From Histomonas meleagridis 2922-C6/04-290x (Eukaryota > Protista > Parabasalia), in NCBI GenBank assembly GCA_020184695.1, contig JAANOX010000035.1:248001-312000 (forward strand): DNA of 64,000 bases. Reading direction: 5' to 3'. The notes below the pieces were generated by a model. The model was not told where the DNA came from. It was given only the letters and a program-made list of their open reading frames with translations, and did not search any database. The position numbers and the translations under genes were made by a program. Shown one piece after another: positions 44,932-57,100 of this stretch (the stretch's first letter is position 1; each line of letters starts with the position of its first letter).

Positions 44932-47104
44932 TTATTGTTTATTTTTTGTTGAAGTAGCATAAAATGTCAGGTTACATATTGGGCAAGGCACATGTTTTTC
45001 GATAATCTTTTTAATGCACGCATTACATGATACAACATGACCACATGGAATTAACTTTTGTGTTGCCTTATTCTTTCCGCATTTAAAACAATATCCATTT
45101 CTTTGTTGAATAATTTTCTTTGTTTTAACTTTTTCTTCGTTTTGTTGATTTGTTCTTCTTCCACTTATTGGAGTACCTCTTCTTGAACATCTTGATCTTA
45201 TTCTTGCACTTCTTGAAGAATAATTCATATCATATTTATTTAACAATTGAATTATTCTTTGATCATTCATATCTTTTGCTAACTTCAGCGATGAATGAAC
45301 TTCAAGTGAAGGATCAGCGCCATTTTCAAGAAGAAGTTTAACCATATTATCATATTTTAGAGAAACAGCAATATATAACACAGTTAATCCTTCATTATTT
45401 TGTTCGTTTATATCGATATTTTCATTAAGAATATCAATAACAATTTCTTCATTATTTTGTCTTACAGCATCAAAAATTGGAGTTTCAATAAAATACAAAA
45501 AACACCAAAATAAAATAAAAAATATCTTTGTTCCTTAAATTCAAATTTGGACCTTTTTTCATAAGTATTTTATAAATATCATTATATTGTTTTCTTATAG
45601 CAATTTGAATTGGTGTTTCCATTTTTTGGATATTTTGTATATTAATATTAGCGCCAATTGAAATTAAATATTTTACAGATAAAATCGAATTACGTTCAAC
45701 AGCAAAATGAAGTGGAGCTCCATGTAAAACATCCACAAAGTTTATATCGATTTCTTTCATTAATAATTTTTTCAAATTTTCAATATCATCATTCTTAATT
45801 ATATCGAAAATTTGTGGTGGTAATGCAGTTAATAATGCTAATTGTGGAGAATATGTTTCGATTTTTTGTGTGATTTCAACATCGCCAAGTCTAAATGCAT
45901 GATAATATGAATTAAAATCACCTAAATTTGGATCAGCCCCATAGTATAAAAGTGAATCAGTCATAAAAAGATTTTCATTAAGAACAGCATAATGAAGTGG
46001 AGTTAATCCTCCACCATTAATAACATTTATATTTGCACCTTTTTTAGCTAAAACTCGAAACATTTCTATTCTTCCAAATTTAACAGCATAAAAAATCGGC
46101 GTTTCTCCTTCAATATTTTGTAACTCGATATTCGCATCATTTCGAATAAGTTCATGGAAAATATCAAAATATCCTTCTTCAATAGCAATATGAAGTGGCG
46201 TTTCTTCAAAAATGTAAAATAAACATAAAAATAATTAAATAAACCATATCAGTTTGTGAATTAACATTAAGGCCTTCTTTTATAAGTATTTTTGCACATT
46301 CTGTTGAACCATATGAAGCAGCAATATGTAAAAGACTTTCATTAGTATATAAAGCATTAACATGAATGTTAGCACTATTTTTTATGGCTTCTAAAAGTTT
46401 TTCTGATTGATTATTAGCAACAATATCAAAAAGATATGAATCATTTGAATCATTTGTTGCTCGAACATCTTTTTCACATCGCCGTGAATTGTTTGCAGTA
46501 ATTGGACGATTGAACATTTCGACGTCTGATTCATCTGGTATTATTTCATCGGTTTCTTCATTTGCACCATTTTCAATTAAAACTTTAACAAGTTCGCGAC
46601 TTTGGAAACTTTTTGCTACAAAAAGTGGTGTATGATTGTTATTATTAAGTTCATTAATCTTGGAACCCCTCTTTACAAGAATAGGTATAACTTCTGGGTT
46701 GTCCCATCGTACTGCCGTGAAAATTGGTCCTTCGAAATTGATTAAAAAAACCCATCACAATTTTTAGAATTGGGATCTGCACCTGCATCAAGAAGAAGTG
46801 TAATAGTTGGAATATGTCCCTCTTGAACAGCAAAGTGAAGAGGACTTTCATGGAAATGTTTTGTGAATACATTTACCATGGCACCTGAAGTAATGAGAGT
46901 AAGAGCGGCTTCATAAGACTTATTTAGAGCAGCTACATGTAATGGTGTTTCATAAATAGAAGTAAAAAAACATTAAAATTAATTAAAAAACTTCATTGAA
47001 AATATAAAATAAACTTTTGTGTTTACATCGATTCCATAATCCAGGGTTTTGTTTAAATTGATAACATCATTATCACGTGCATATAGAAAAATATTTTTTT
47101 TCAT
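44932..47104 (-). CDS. Ankyrin-repeat plus C-terminal RING (C3HC4, IAP/MIB-type) E3 ligase; 678 aa after removing eight 17-nt spacers
   Basis: ATG at 47104. Spacers at 47014-46998, 46991-46975, 46971-46955, 46751-46735, 46244-46228, 46224-46208, 45523-45507 and 45503-45487. 2173 - 136 = 2037 nt = 679 codons, and no internal stop was found on manual translation. RING: CFKC...PCGHVVSCNAC...CPIC. Confidence 0.8.
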
Positions 47105-47183
47105 TTTTTTGAAGACAAAAAGTAACGTACATATTTTTTATTTCACATTTCAATCCAACAAAAGAATTTTTCCTTTCAACAAA

Positions 47184-49349
47184 TTAACGAACTGATCTCA
47201 TTAGTATCCTTTCCACATCTATTTTTGTTTCTAATGCAAACTCCTTATTGTTAAAATTTGATTTCATGATAAAATTTAGCTTCAAAAGTTCATTAATTGA
47301 CATCATATATTCCATCTTGATTTTTTCATCTACAATTTCAGACGAAAGGTGTAAAAACAAAAAGTCAATAAGCGTATGATCAAAAATGAGTCTAATAATA
47401 AAATAAATAACTTTTAATTCTTTAGATTCTAAGAAATTAAATATGTATAGATTAGGTCTGTGGAATACTTTCTCAAGCAATTGGATTTTATCCCATAAAA
47501 TTCCATAATCTATACATTTGCACTGACAATCATTTTTACTTGCATGCATTAGTAGAAGAATAACTGAATAAATAATAATTGATAAATAAGAAGGAGATCT
47601 TTTTTGTTTTGATATTTGTCTTATTAAATTTTTATATAAGGATGCATTAAATTTTGAAATTGAAAAAGAAAGAATTACGTGAGGAAAATTTAAATATTGG
47701 AAGGGTAAATCAGATGTTTTGATGATTTCTTTTTCAATTTTTGGAGTGATTGAATATATTTCATGAAAGAATCGATCACATCTCATGAATGCATCAGGTA
47801 AGTAATTATTAATTTGAAATTCATGATTATTTGAAAGTGTTTGAAAGAAAAACCTTGTTAATCCTGTTTGAAATAATAAAATAAAGAAATTAACTAAACT
47901 TTCAACATCATGAATCATTGCAGAAACAATTTTATCATGTAATAATTTTGATGGAAATCGAATTTCTTCAAGTTGTTTTCCTATATAAGATATTGGTTTA
48001 ATACATGATTGTAAAAAAAGACCTGTAACAGCAATAGGGATTTGACTTTGATCCAATGATTTAACATCATTCATAACATTTTTATAAAGATTAACAGAAT
48101 TTGATTGAGGTAAATAACCTAAATTATTAAAATTATTGATTATTTCCTTAGGGAGAGAATGTAATACATTATTTGGATCAAATGTATCATGTATTGAAAT
48201 AATTTTTGATTGTATAGGGTCATATATTGAGTTAGAATATAGAACATTTGTAAATGGATTTTTAGGAAGTTCTAAACCAATAAATTCATCTTCGCTTTCA
48301 GGAATATCAATTTTAGGACTTGTGCCTATTTTAATTTTAAATCCAAGTTGTTCTGTTTTCTGTTTCAATAAATCTTCAATTTTTGGTGGTTTTTCAAGTC
48401 TTGGTAATTGCAAAAGATTTTGTAATCTTTCTTCCATTCTTTTTTGAAAATTTATTGGATCAACATTATTAATATGTGAATTACTACTTTGTAAAGAATT
48501 ACTTGTTTCATTTTCTGGCCATGGATTTTCATCTGCAGGAATAAAAGATTCTTCATCATCTTCATTTTTTTCTTTAGATCTTTCACTTGAATCAGAAGGA
48601 GAATGCTTATCAACCTTTGGTTTTTCTTTAGAAGCATTTCCAATATAATTTTCTTCGAGATTTTCAAAAACATTATCAGGAATTGATGGTACATCTATTT
48701 GTTCAATCATACAGGAAGGAACTGTAATCAAATCTTCTGGGAATGCGTTCAGAGCGAGAAGGATTTTTAATGATGTCTCTATATTATCGCATGATAATAT
48801 ATTTTTTATAACATGATCTTTAAAAATATAAATCTTTTTTGGATCATGAATATGAATTGATGCCTTGACGTTTGGGTAACGTTGTAATTCAGCTACATTT
48901 TTCTCATGTTGTATGATAAGTATTTTATCATTATTTATACATATGTGAGCATTGAGGAAAACACCTTTTAAATTTATTTTACACTTAAAAACTATATTTC
49001 GAATTTTTAAATCTTTAACTTGATCAACATTAACTCTCATTAATTTTTCCCATTGATTAATAACATTTGAATTCACGGATTTTATTCTTATTACATGAAA
49101 ACCTTCATTTTCAAAATTTTGTAGTATAATAGACTTATGTCTCTTACTTTTCTTCATACTTAATTCCCAATCAGGAAGATATATATTTAAGGGATATTCT
49201 AATTTTTGTGGGTCATAAATAATTAAAACAGGGCCTGTTAGATGGCATTGTCTTTTACAATAATGAGCGTCTTCGATTCCAATGTTAAATTGATGGTTTA
49301 ATGTTTTCTTCAAAAGAGAGTTAATTGTAATTTTTGAGTTATTATTCAT
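47184..49349 (-). CDS. Hypothetical protein
   Basis: Uninterrupted 721-aa ORF; no family recognised. Confidence 0.65.
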   Translation of the reverse strand: MNNNSKITINSLLKKTLNHQFNIGIEDAHYCKRQCHLTGPVLIIYDPQKLEYPLNIYLPDWELSMKKSKRHKSIILQNFENEGFHVIRIKSVNSNVINQWEKLMRVNVDQVKDLKIRNIVFKCKINLKGVFLNAHICINNDKILIIQHEKNVAELQRYPNVKASIHIHDPKKIYIFKDHVIKNILSCDNIETSLKILLALNAFPEDLITVPSCMIEQIDVPSIPDNVFENLEENYIGNASKEKPKVDKHSPSDSSERSKEKNEDDEESFIPADENPWPENETSNSLQSSNSHINNVDPINFQKRMEERLQNLLQLPRLEKPPKIEDLLKQKTEQLGFKIKIGTSPKIDIPESEDEFIGLELPKNPFTNVLYSNSIYDPIQSKIISIHDTFDPNNVLHSLPKEIINNFNNLGYLPQSNSVNLYKNVMNDVKSLDQSQIPIAVTGLFLQSCIKPISYIGKQLEEIRFPSKLLHDKIVSAMIHDVESLVNFFILLFQTGLTRFFFQTLSNNHEFQINNYLPDAFMRCDRFFHEIYSITPKIEKEIIKTSDLPFQYLNFPHVILSFSISKFNASLYKNLIRQISKQKRSPSYLSIIIYSVILLLMHASKNDCQCKCIDYGILWDKIQLLEKVFHRPNLYIFNFLESKELKVIYFIIRLIFDHTLIDFLFLHLSSEIVDEKIKMEYMMSINELLKLNFIMKSNFNNKEFALETKIDVERILMRSVR

Positions 49350-49804
49350 ACTATTTTAATTTTTCAAAAACTCAATAGATATATTTTTATGGAGATAGTT
49401 TTGAAAAAGGTTCCGAATATTTTTTTTTAACAAAACCTTAGAATCCTGAAAAATTTCATGTTGATTTCTATGATAATACATTATAAGAATTATAAAATCC
49501 TTTGGAGATATATCAACGAAACTCTATTTTATAATAAACAATTTTTTTTCGAAGATGGAATTTAATCTTGATATATATATATTGTTTTAAGTATTAAATT
49601 CAAATAAAAATGTTTTTTCAATTATTTTATATATTAAACTCATACAAAAATATTTATATAAGGATACAGTGACTAAGATTTGTATAAAATCAAAAAAAAT
49701 TTATTTCCAAATTTCAAATTTATGTTGGATGTCGTTATGGGGTGCCCTGTGTATAATTGGCCGACTGAGTAAGAAAAGTGTCAAATAACAGCAAAAAAAT
49801 AAGA

Positions 49805-50434
49805 ATGCAAAGACTTTCAAACGGAACTACTATTATGGGTTTTCAATGCCAAGACGGAGTAATTCTAGGTGCTGATTCTCGAGCTACTATAGGTGCTTTT
49901 GTAGCAATTCGTGATACAAATAAAATCACACAAATTACTCCAAACATTTATGCATGTCATTCTGGTAGTGCTTCTCACACTCAAGCTCTTGCTGATTTTG
50001 CAAAATATTATCAAAACATTATTAACGTTTATGAACAAAAAACTCCATCAGTTAGCACAGTCGCACAAATTTTAAGAAAGCTTGTTCAAGCAAATAAAGA
50101 AATGCTTCAGGCTCAAATGATTGTTGGTGGTGTAGATGATGATGGACCATCTGTTTATATGGTTATGCAGAGTGGAATGGCAATCAAACGTGACTTTACA
50201 ATTGGGGGCTCAGGAAGTACTTACATAACATCATATTGTGATAATAACTATCACTCCAATATGACTCTTGAAGAAGGCGAGAAATTTGCTGTTAAAGCTA
50301 TTAATCATGCTACAATACGTGATGGCTATTCTGGCGGTCCAATTAATATTGTTAAAATTACTAAGGATGGCGCTACACGAAAATGGTATAAACCAGAACA
50401 CCAACCATTAAATGCATCAATTGTCAGAACATGA
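49805..50434 (+). CDS. PSMB6: 20S proteasome subunit beta1 (PSMB6/PRE3)
   Basis: G|TTIMG processing site, GADSRAT, SGSASHTQ, GGSGSTYI and RDGYSGG. The start is either 49805 or 49722 via a 23-nt intron (see findings). Confidence 0.85.
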   Translation: MQRLSNGTTIMGFQCQDGVILGADSRATIGAFVAIRDTNKITQITPNIYACHSGSASHTQALADFAKYYQNIINVYEQKTPSVSTVAQILRKLVQANKEMLQAQMIVGGVDDDGPSVYMVMQSGMAIKRDFTIGGSGSTYITSYCDNNYHSNMTLEEGEKFAVKAINHATIRDGYSGGPINIVKITKDGATRKWYKPEHQPLNASIVRT

Positions 50435-50593
50435 ATTGATTAAACAAACCTTATATTTTTACTCGTAAAATGTGTATGTGACGCAGAACATTTTTTTTAA
50501 AAAATTTGCATAAAGATTTATTGTAACATTTTTAGAACGTTATTTCTATACTTTACAAAGTTAGATTTAAAAAACGTTCGTTAAATAAAAAAA

Positions 50594-53500
50594 ATGCTAA
50601 AACGCGAAAAATGTTTTTCCGAAGTAATGGAAACATTAGCTGTTATTACAAATACAAAACATAGCATTAGCAATATTTTAGAACTTCGATCTCGACTTGG
50701 CCTTCCATTTTATTATACTTGTATTCAAGATCCAAATGGAATTATGAGCTATCTTATCTATCTTTTAATGGGTGCTCCACCATCTCCACAATATTCACTT
50801 GTTCTTTCGGCTTGTGTTTGCTTTTGTTTTTATTATCTTCCCATGGAAAAACGTCAAGAGGTTACTTTACAACTAGCAGGATGCCTTCCTAAACATGCGG
50901 TTCCAAATAGCCCTGATCAAATCACTTCATATTCAGATTTTTATGAGAAAGGAGGTGCAAGTCAAATTCCCTGCAAGCCACAAGTTTTATATGCAATAGT
51001 TTTTCATAAAAATCCAGAAATAAATTCTTCATTCAAGCTTATTTACCCTATTATTTCTACCAATCCCAGTACATTATCACATATATTATATGATTCAAGA
51101 GATCCACAAAACCTTAAAATATCAGATCTTTATCTTTTTGGTTACATTGGAACCAAAGTTCAGCTCCCAAAACCAAAAACTCCGGAGTTGATTAAAACAA
51201 TGATAATGTTATGCACTGAAATAATCTCTGCAAAGAATGAAGAAGCATTTTATGAGACCGAGTCAGGCCTCACGTGCATTTCCTTATTGATTTCATGGGG
51301 TTGTGCGCAACCTGATTTTTCATTATTAAGTCTAAAGAACGTTAGTCTTAAATCTTTAGCTATTTCAGGGTTTTCACAAAAGATTCTCCTTGATGGTATT
51401 GAAGAATTTCCCGAATTTGAGCCAGCTGAGAACAAAGTTATCTCAACAGCATATTTAAAAATGATCGTTGCAGCATTAAAAAATCCTAAAACAGATATAA
51501 TGTTATTACGGAAGAAGATTCCGCATTGGATTTTAGATGCTATTATCAATGAATTTCATTCAGAGAACAAAATTTCAGTTGAAGTTGAACAAATATTAAA
51601 TTCACCATTTCCATTTGATGTCACAAATGAAGACATTGAATTACTTGTTAACATTTCGGATTTTTTACCATCATGGATATATTTTCATATTATGCGAATG
51701 AAGTTTACTACTCCATCTATAGCAAGAAGTTGTATTAAGATAATGGCTAAATCACCAAAGATTATTATCCATACGTTTTTTAATGATTTTTTATCATTTT
51801 TAGATCGGATTATATTAGTTCCGAACATATTAAAAGAAGTATTACGAATGTTAAAAGGGATTTTACCTATACTTGAATCTAAATTAAGTATCTTAATTCA
51901 TCATCTCATTCAACAAATTGATTTCTTTACAGAAGATATAACGAATATTGTATCATATGTTCATTTACTTGTGGTAATATTTAGGTTTACTAATGATTAT
52001 GAACCTTTTGCTTGTGTATTCGATTTATTAATTGATGCTTTTGATATGTATAAAATGTCACCTACAATGATTAAAGTTTCATTTAACTTCTTTACTCAAA
52101 TGGCACCTTATCGACTTCAACGACATAAAGAATTATTTTATATGTCATTAGCAGTAATTACATCATCATTTGATGAAAAGATTCCATCATTTTTAACTAC
52201 AAACACATTAAAGAATTTGTTTAGTAATTCGAAATATTTCTTTAAAGTTATTAATGCTGATTTAATATCTAATCCAATGTTTAGTTTTTCGAATGCTTAT
52301 CCACCATTATCAGCAGCATTAAAGTTATTATCTAAATTAAAAATAGAAAATGATACAAAAACAGATCAAATTATATTAAACGCTTTATTAGGTTCATTAA
52401 CTTTATGTCCATCTGAAACTTGTTTAGCAGCACAAATATTAAGTAAACAAAGTTTACTTATATTTGCTAAAGAAGTTGAAAAGCTTTTACAAAAATATGA
52501 TAACTCTTCATTTACAGTAGCAGCAGAACAACTTCTAAAGACTGATACTAAACATGTAATCTTTTTCGAGCCTCGAAATAATGATTTAAGGTTAATACTT
52601 AAATATCATCCTGATTTTGCATATTTAATATTTCAAAATCCACAAAAACAACATTTATTAATCGAAAAAGATGGACCTAAAACATTACAATCAGATAAAA
52701 CGTTCGAAGGTAATGTTAATATTATCCTTCGAAGGATTTTATCACATTTACATTTAAGTCAACCTGTTCTAACACGTAAAGATAATTGGATAGCAGTCGA
52801 AATGAATGATATAGAATCGACTTTCATTAATAATAATCGAAAAGATTTGTTTTTGTTTTTCATTGACTTTTCACATGATATATTCCCTACAAATTCGGTT
52901 GAACAAATTTTAAATAATTTCCGAGTTCGATATCCCGTTCCCAAAAAAGAAACATTAAGTTTCGCCGTATATGAAGCATTACATTTATATAGAAATAGAA
53001 GTCAATGTAAGAAATATATGTATAAGTTTTTCACATTATCAACTTCGAAACTTATAAATGAAATGCCACAAAAACTTTGGTTATATCAATTCATTGGAAG
53101 ACTTGGTATTAATCTTAAAGCTAATCAAAAAGATAAAATCGATGCTATGTTAATTAGAAATGATAAAATTAATCCTGAGAAAGTTGATGAACATTCTTTT
53201 TTATATATAGAAGTTATGCGGAAAAACTCAAAATTTATTAATTCAGAATCTGCTAAAGTTTTGTTCGAAAATAATTTGAAAATTAATAATTTCCCAAATG
53301 TTTACCCATTACAAATCCCTTCGTTTGAAGTTCATTTGTTGAAAAATATTAAAAATTATTTTTATAATGCTGATGCAACAAAAATTGAAAATGAATTTGC
53401 TAAATCAAATGAAAAATATCAAATTTTCGAACAATTTGATACTGGAAATTATTTTATTGCAAAAGAATTCGCTGATATTGTGGATATTTGTATAAAAAGA

Positions 53501-53668
53501 AATTTCAAAATTACTGAAAATATTATAAATAATTTCATAAACACAACTCTTAAGAATAAATTGGCTTCAAACGCGACTGTGTTTTGTAACAAAGAAACAT
53601 TGCAAAGAGCTGCAATGGTGTCTAAGTATGCAAAGAGCGCATTGAAAAAATTCGATATTGTACATTAA
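50594..53668 (+). CDS. Hypothetical alpha-helical (HEAT-like) protein
   Basis: Uninterrupted 1024-aa ORF with an amphipathic helical pattern. Confidence 0.65.
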   Translation: MLKREKCFSEVMETLAVITNTKHSISNILELRSRLGLPFYYTCIQDPNGIMSYLIYLLMGAPPSPQYSLVLSACVCFCFYYLPMEKRQEVTLQLAGCLPKHAVPNSPDQITSYSDFYEKGGASQIPCKPQVLYAIVFHKNPEINSSFKLIYPIISTNPSTLSHILYDSRDPQNLKISDLYLFGYIGTKVQLPKPKTPELIKTMIMLCTEIISAKNEEAFYETESGLTCISLLISWGCAQPDFSLLSLKNVSLKSLAISGFSQKILLDGIEEFPEFEPAENKVISTAYLKMIVAALKNPKTDIMLLRKKIPHWILDAIINEFHSENKISVEVEQILNSPFPFDVTNEDIELLVNISDFLPSWIYFHIMRMKFTTPSIARSCIKIMAKSPKIIIHTFFNDFLSFLDRIILVPNILKEVLRMLKGILPILESKLSILIHHLIQQIDFFTEDITNIVSYVHLLVVIFRFTNDYEPFACVFDLLIDAFDMYKMSPTMIKVSFNFFTQMAPYRLQRHKELFYMSLAVITSSFDEKIPSFLTTNTLKNLFSNSKYFFKVINADLISNPMFSFSNAYPPLSAALKLLSKLKIENDTKTDQIILNALLGSLTLCPSETCLAAQILSKQSLLIFAKEVEKLLQKYDNSSFTVAAEQLLKTDTKHVIFFEPRNNDLRLILKYHPDFAYLIFQNPQKQHLLIEKDGPKTLQSDKTFEGNVNIILRRILSHLHLSQPVLTRKDNWIAVEMNDIESTFINNNRKDLFLFFIDFSHDIFPTNSVEQILNNFRVRYPVPKKETLSFAVYEALHLYRNRSQCKKYMYKFFTLSTSKLINEMPQKLWLYQFIGRLGINLKANQKDKIDAMLIRNDKINPEKVDEHSFLYIEVMRKNSKFINSESAKVLFENNLKINNFPNVYPLQIPSFEVHLLKNIKNYFYNADATKIENEFAKSNEKYQIFEQFDTGNYFIAKEFADIVDICIKRNFKITENIINNFINTTLKNKLASNATVFCNKETLQRAAMVSKYAKSALKKFDIVH

Positions 53669-54180
53669 TAAATTTTATTTCGATATTAATTTTTTTTATA
53701 CTCAATACACAAAATTCAGTTGCGTTTTTCTAGAAACTGGACGCCAAAAATCTTAAACATATGTATAATACTAAAGCAGTTCATATATCCATGATATTAA
53801 TGTCCTTAAAAACTTATTTTACGTTATGGAATTGATCCAATTATTGAATAAATGTGGCAATTCTCCAATACATGTTGCAAAAATGGTGATTTATCTGTCA
53901 TTAAAGAACCACCAAACATATATTTCAGCGGATAGCTCGATGATACCATGTTTTCACAAGGTTGTTTAGATCTAAAATGTTTATCAAATATTTTAAAAAA
54001 ATTAAAAAATAATCAAATTGTTTTTTTATCATGATGTTTTAATATGAATTAAAAGCCACTTTTTGAATGGAATCTCACTTTGTCAAATAAATAAAATACG
54101 TTAAACTCGAACTTTCTTGAAGTCCGACCAAATTTCATTTCACTTTTCATTTGCAAGAATAGAACTATACATTATATAAA

Positions 54181-57100
54181 ATGGAGAAAAGTCAAAAAAC
54201 AAATATTGAATGGCTTACCATATTACAAAAAGATTTGATGAACTTGAATTATGATAATTTTGAAGAAATTATTCAAAATGCAATTACTTATTTTGATATT
54301 GAATATCCTTTTTCATTTAATCATGTTATTATTCATATGATATATGAATCATTTATTTCACATGGTGGAGATTACTTTATTTATTTTCAATTTTTACAAG
54401 AACTCGAAGAAAAAGAAAAAGAATTATATCATTTTGAATCTAATCTAATTTCTATTTTCTCAACATTTCTTTTTTTCGAACAATCACAAGAATCATATTA
54501 TCTTCTTGAGATGTTGATTTCAAATGAAATAATCACACAAAAAATGGGGAAAGATAAAAATAATATATATTTTGCACATCATATTACAAATGGTAATCCA
54601 TATAATTTAAAAAAGCAAAATTATGGAAATTATGATAAAATAACCAGAAAACAATTTTATAAAGAATTTATCAATGTAATTGAATTCCATATTAAAGATA
54701 ATGAAGATCCATCTAATGATGAAATATTTTATGATTATGGATCTCACATTGAATCAATAAATAAAGGTATTAATCCGAATGAAATTGCGAAAATTATTCG
54801 AAGTGACGAAATAAAAAAACTTCAAGAAATATCATCACAAACAAATTTTGATTTTAATCAAACAATAAAACCATCATTATATGAAATACATACATTTATT
54901 AATCAAAAAAATGTATCATTAATAGATTATGCGGCATTTTTTGGATCAGTTAAATGTTTTAAATATTTACTTATGAATGGAGCAAATGCATTTAATGCAG
55001 GTAAATATGCAATTGCAGGCGGAAATGAAGAAATAATTCATTTATGTGAACAAAATCATTCAACATTTAAAGACGCATATGAAACAGCAATAAAATTCCA
55101 TCGAAATGATATCTTTAAATATCTTTATGAAAATAAAATTGTCGAAATTAATAATTTTGAAGAATTAGGTAAGAAATGTATTCAATCAAGTAATTATGAA
55201 ATGTTTTCATATTTGATAGAAGAAGGATTAACAATTACAGATGATATTATTTATGAATCAGCAAAAATTAGTAATATATTTATTATTCAAAAATATCTTG
55301 AAGAAAATAAATTACCGAAATATATTTTATTATTTGCAGTTTTATCATGTAATAATGAAATTGTCAAATATATTCTTAAAAGAAATGATGTATATATTGA
55401 TTTTGCTTATTTTTATTTTTAATATTTAATGTTTTAAAATTAAATCTGGAATTAAATTAAAATAATTGTAAATCCTCTTCTGTATGCAACAAAAAATTAT
55501 TTAATTGATATTGTTAAATCACTTTTAAAACATAAAGAAATTAATGTAAATGTTAAAGATATTTATATGTTTTGCATGAAGTATTTTCTAAATATTCCAA
55601 ATTTCTTTTTTATTTATGGAATCTTTCTAAATTATTTAAAACACCTCTTATTTGGGCAATCAAAAAAGGTTACTATGATATTGTAAAATTACTTCTTGAA
55701 AAAGAAGGAATTGATGTTAATTTGAAATATTTTTCTTTTGAATTTACAAAATTTTAAAATAAAATTTGGAGATAATATACATTATTTAAAACTTCCTTAT
55801 TTTACTCAATCAAAAACAATCAAATAAGAATGGTTAATTTGCTTCTTAAAAATAAAAATATTGATATTAATGCTAAAGACGATTATAAATTTTTTTCAAA
55901 TTTTCTATAAATTTTATTATATTTTAAAATAATATTTGGGAAATATTTAAGCTATTTAATACAGCACTTATGAAAGCATCTTCAAAAGATTTTATAGAAA
56001 TCGTTAAATTACTTCTTGAGAAAGAAGGAATTGATATTAATGCTAAAAATATTTATTTGTTTTATTCAAATAATGTTTTAATAATTTTTTATTTTAAAAT
56101 AATATTTGGGAATTATTTAAATTATTTTGGACAGCACTTATTAAAGCATCTATGAAGAATAACATCGAAATAGTTAAATTACTTCTTGAACAAGAAGGAA
56201 TTGATATTAATGCTAAAGATATTTATTTGTTTTATTCAAATAATGTTTTAATAATTTAAATTTTCAAAATAATATTTGGAAATTATTTAAATTATTTCAA
56301 ACAGCACTTAAGATTTCATTCGAATTAAACTTTAATGAAATTGTGCAACTGATATCTGAAAAAGAAAGAATTATTAAGAATAATACTAAAATTAATTTTT
56401 TTTATAAACAGTTTTTTATATTGGTTTCTTATTTCAATATAATATATGAAGTTTCTTCAAATAATTTAAATCACAAATTATAAAAATATTTTTGAATGGA
56501 ATTTTCGATTCCACTGAATTATACAATGAAGAAGAAGGAAATAATTTAAACAATGAGATATTTATTAAAAGTTTTTAATTTTTAAATTACATATAAAATT
56601 TCTTAATATTATTTTTTGCAATATTTAAAAATATTATAGCAAATGGATTTAACGAAATTATAAAAAATTTACTTAAATTAGAGGGGTATCATAATTTTGA
56701 TGAAAAAATTGTTTATTTCATTTATATATATTTGATGAGTTATTTAATCAAATCTCGATGTGTAATATCATTGATACAGTTAAATTTTTACTGAAAACAA
56801 ATATTTATAATAATGATAATGTTTATTCTCTAAATTTGATGTTTTTTTATAAATATATAAATCAACAAATAAAAAATCACTAAAAGGCTATGATTTTATC
56901 CTAAAATTACTTAATGAAGATCATGATTTTAATAACGATAAGAAAGATATCCATTTATCAAATTTAATTTTTAATAATTAAAGCTCCTTCAATAGAATTT
57001 ATTCAAAATCAAATTATTGATTTCGTTTTATCATTTCTTCAACATGAAAACATAGAAATATACACAAAGATATCCATATTTTATATTTTCAAAATATCTT

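Noticed and set aside
45484-46250. Simple +1 frameshift at TTT-TGA or TAT-TGA as the explanation for the broken ankyrin-RING ORF
   Set aside because: It fits two junctions only and would insert long hydrophobic peptides into the hairpin. It cannot explain the junction with two in-frame stops (46949-47014) or the 17-nt quantisation.
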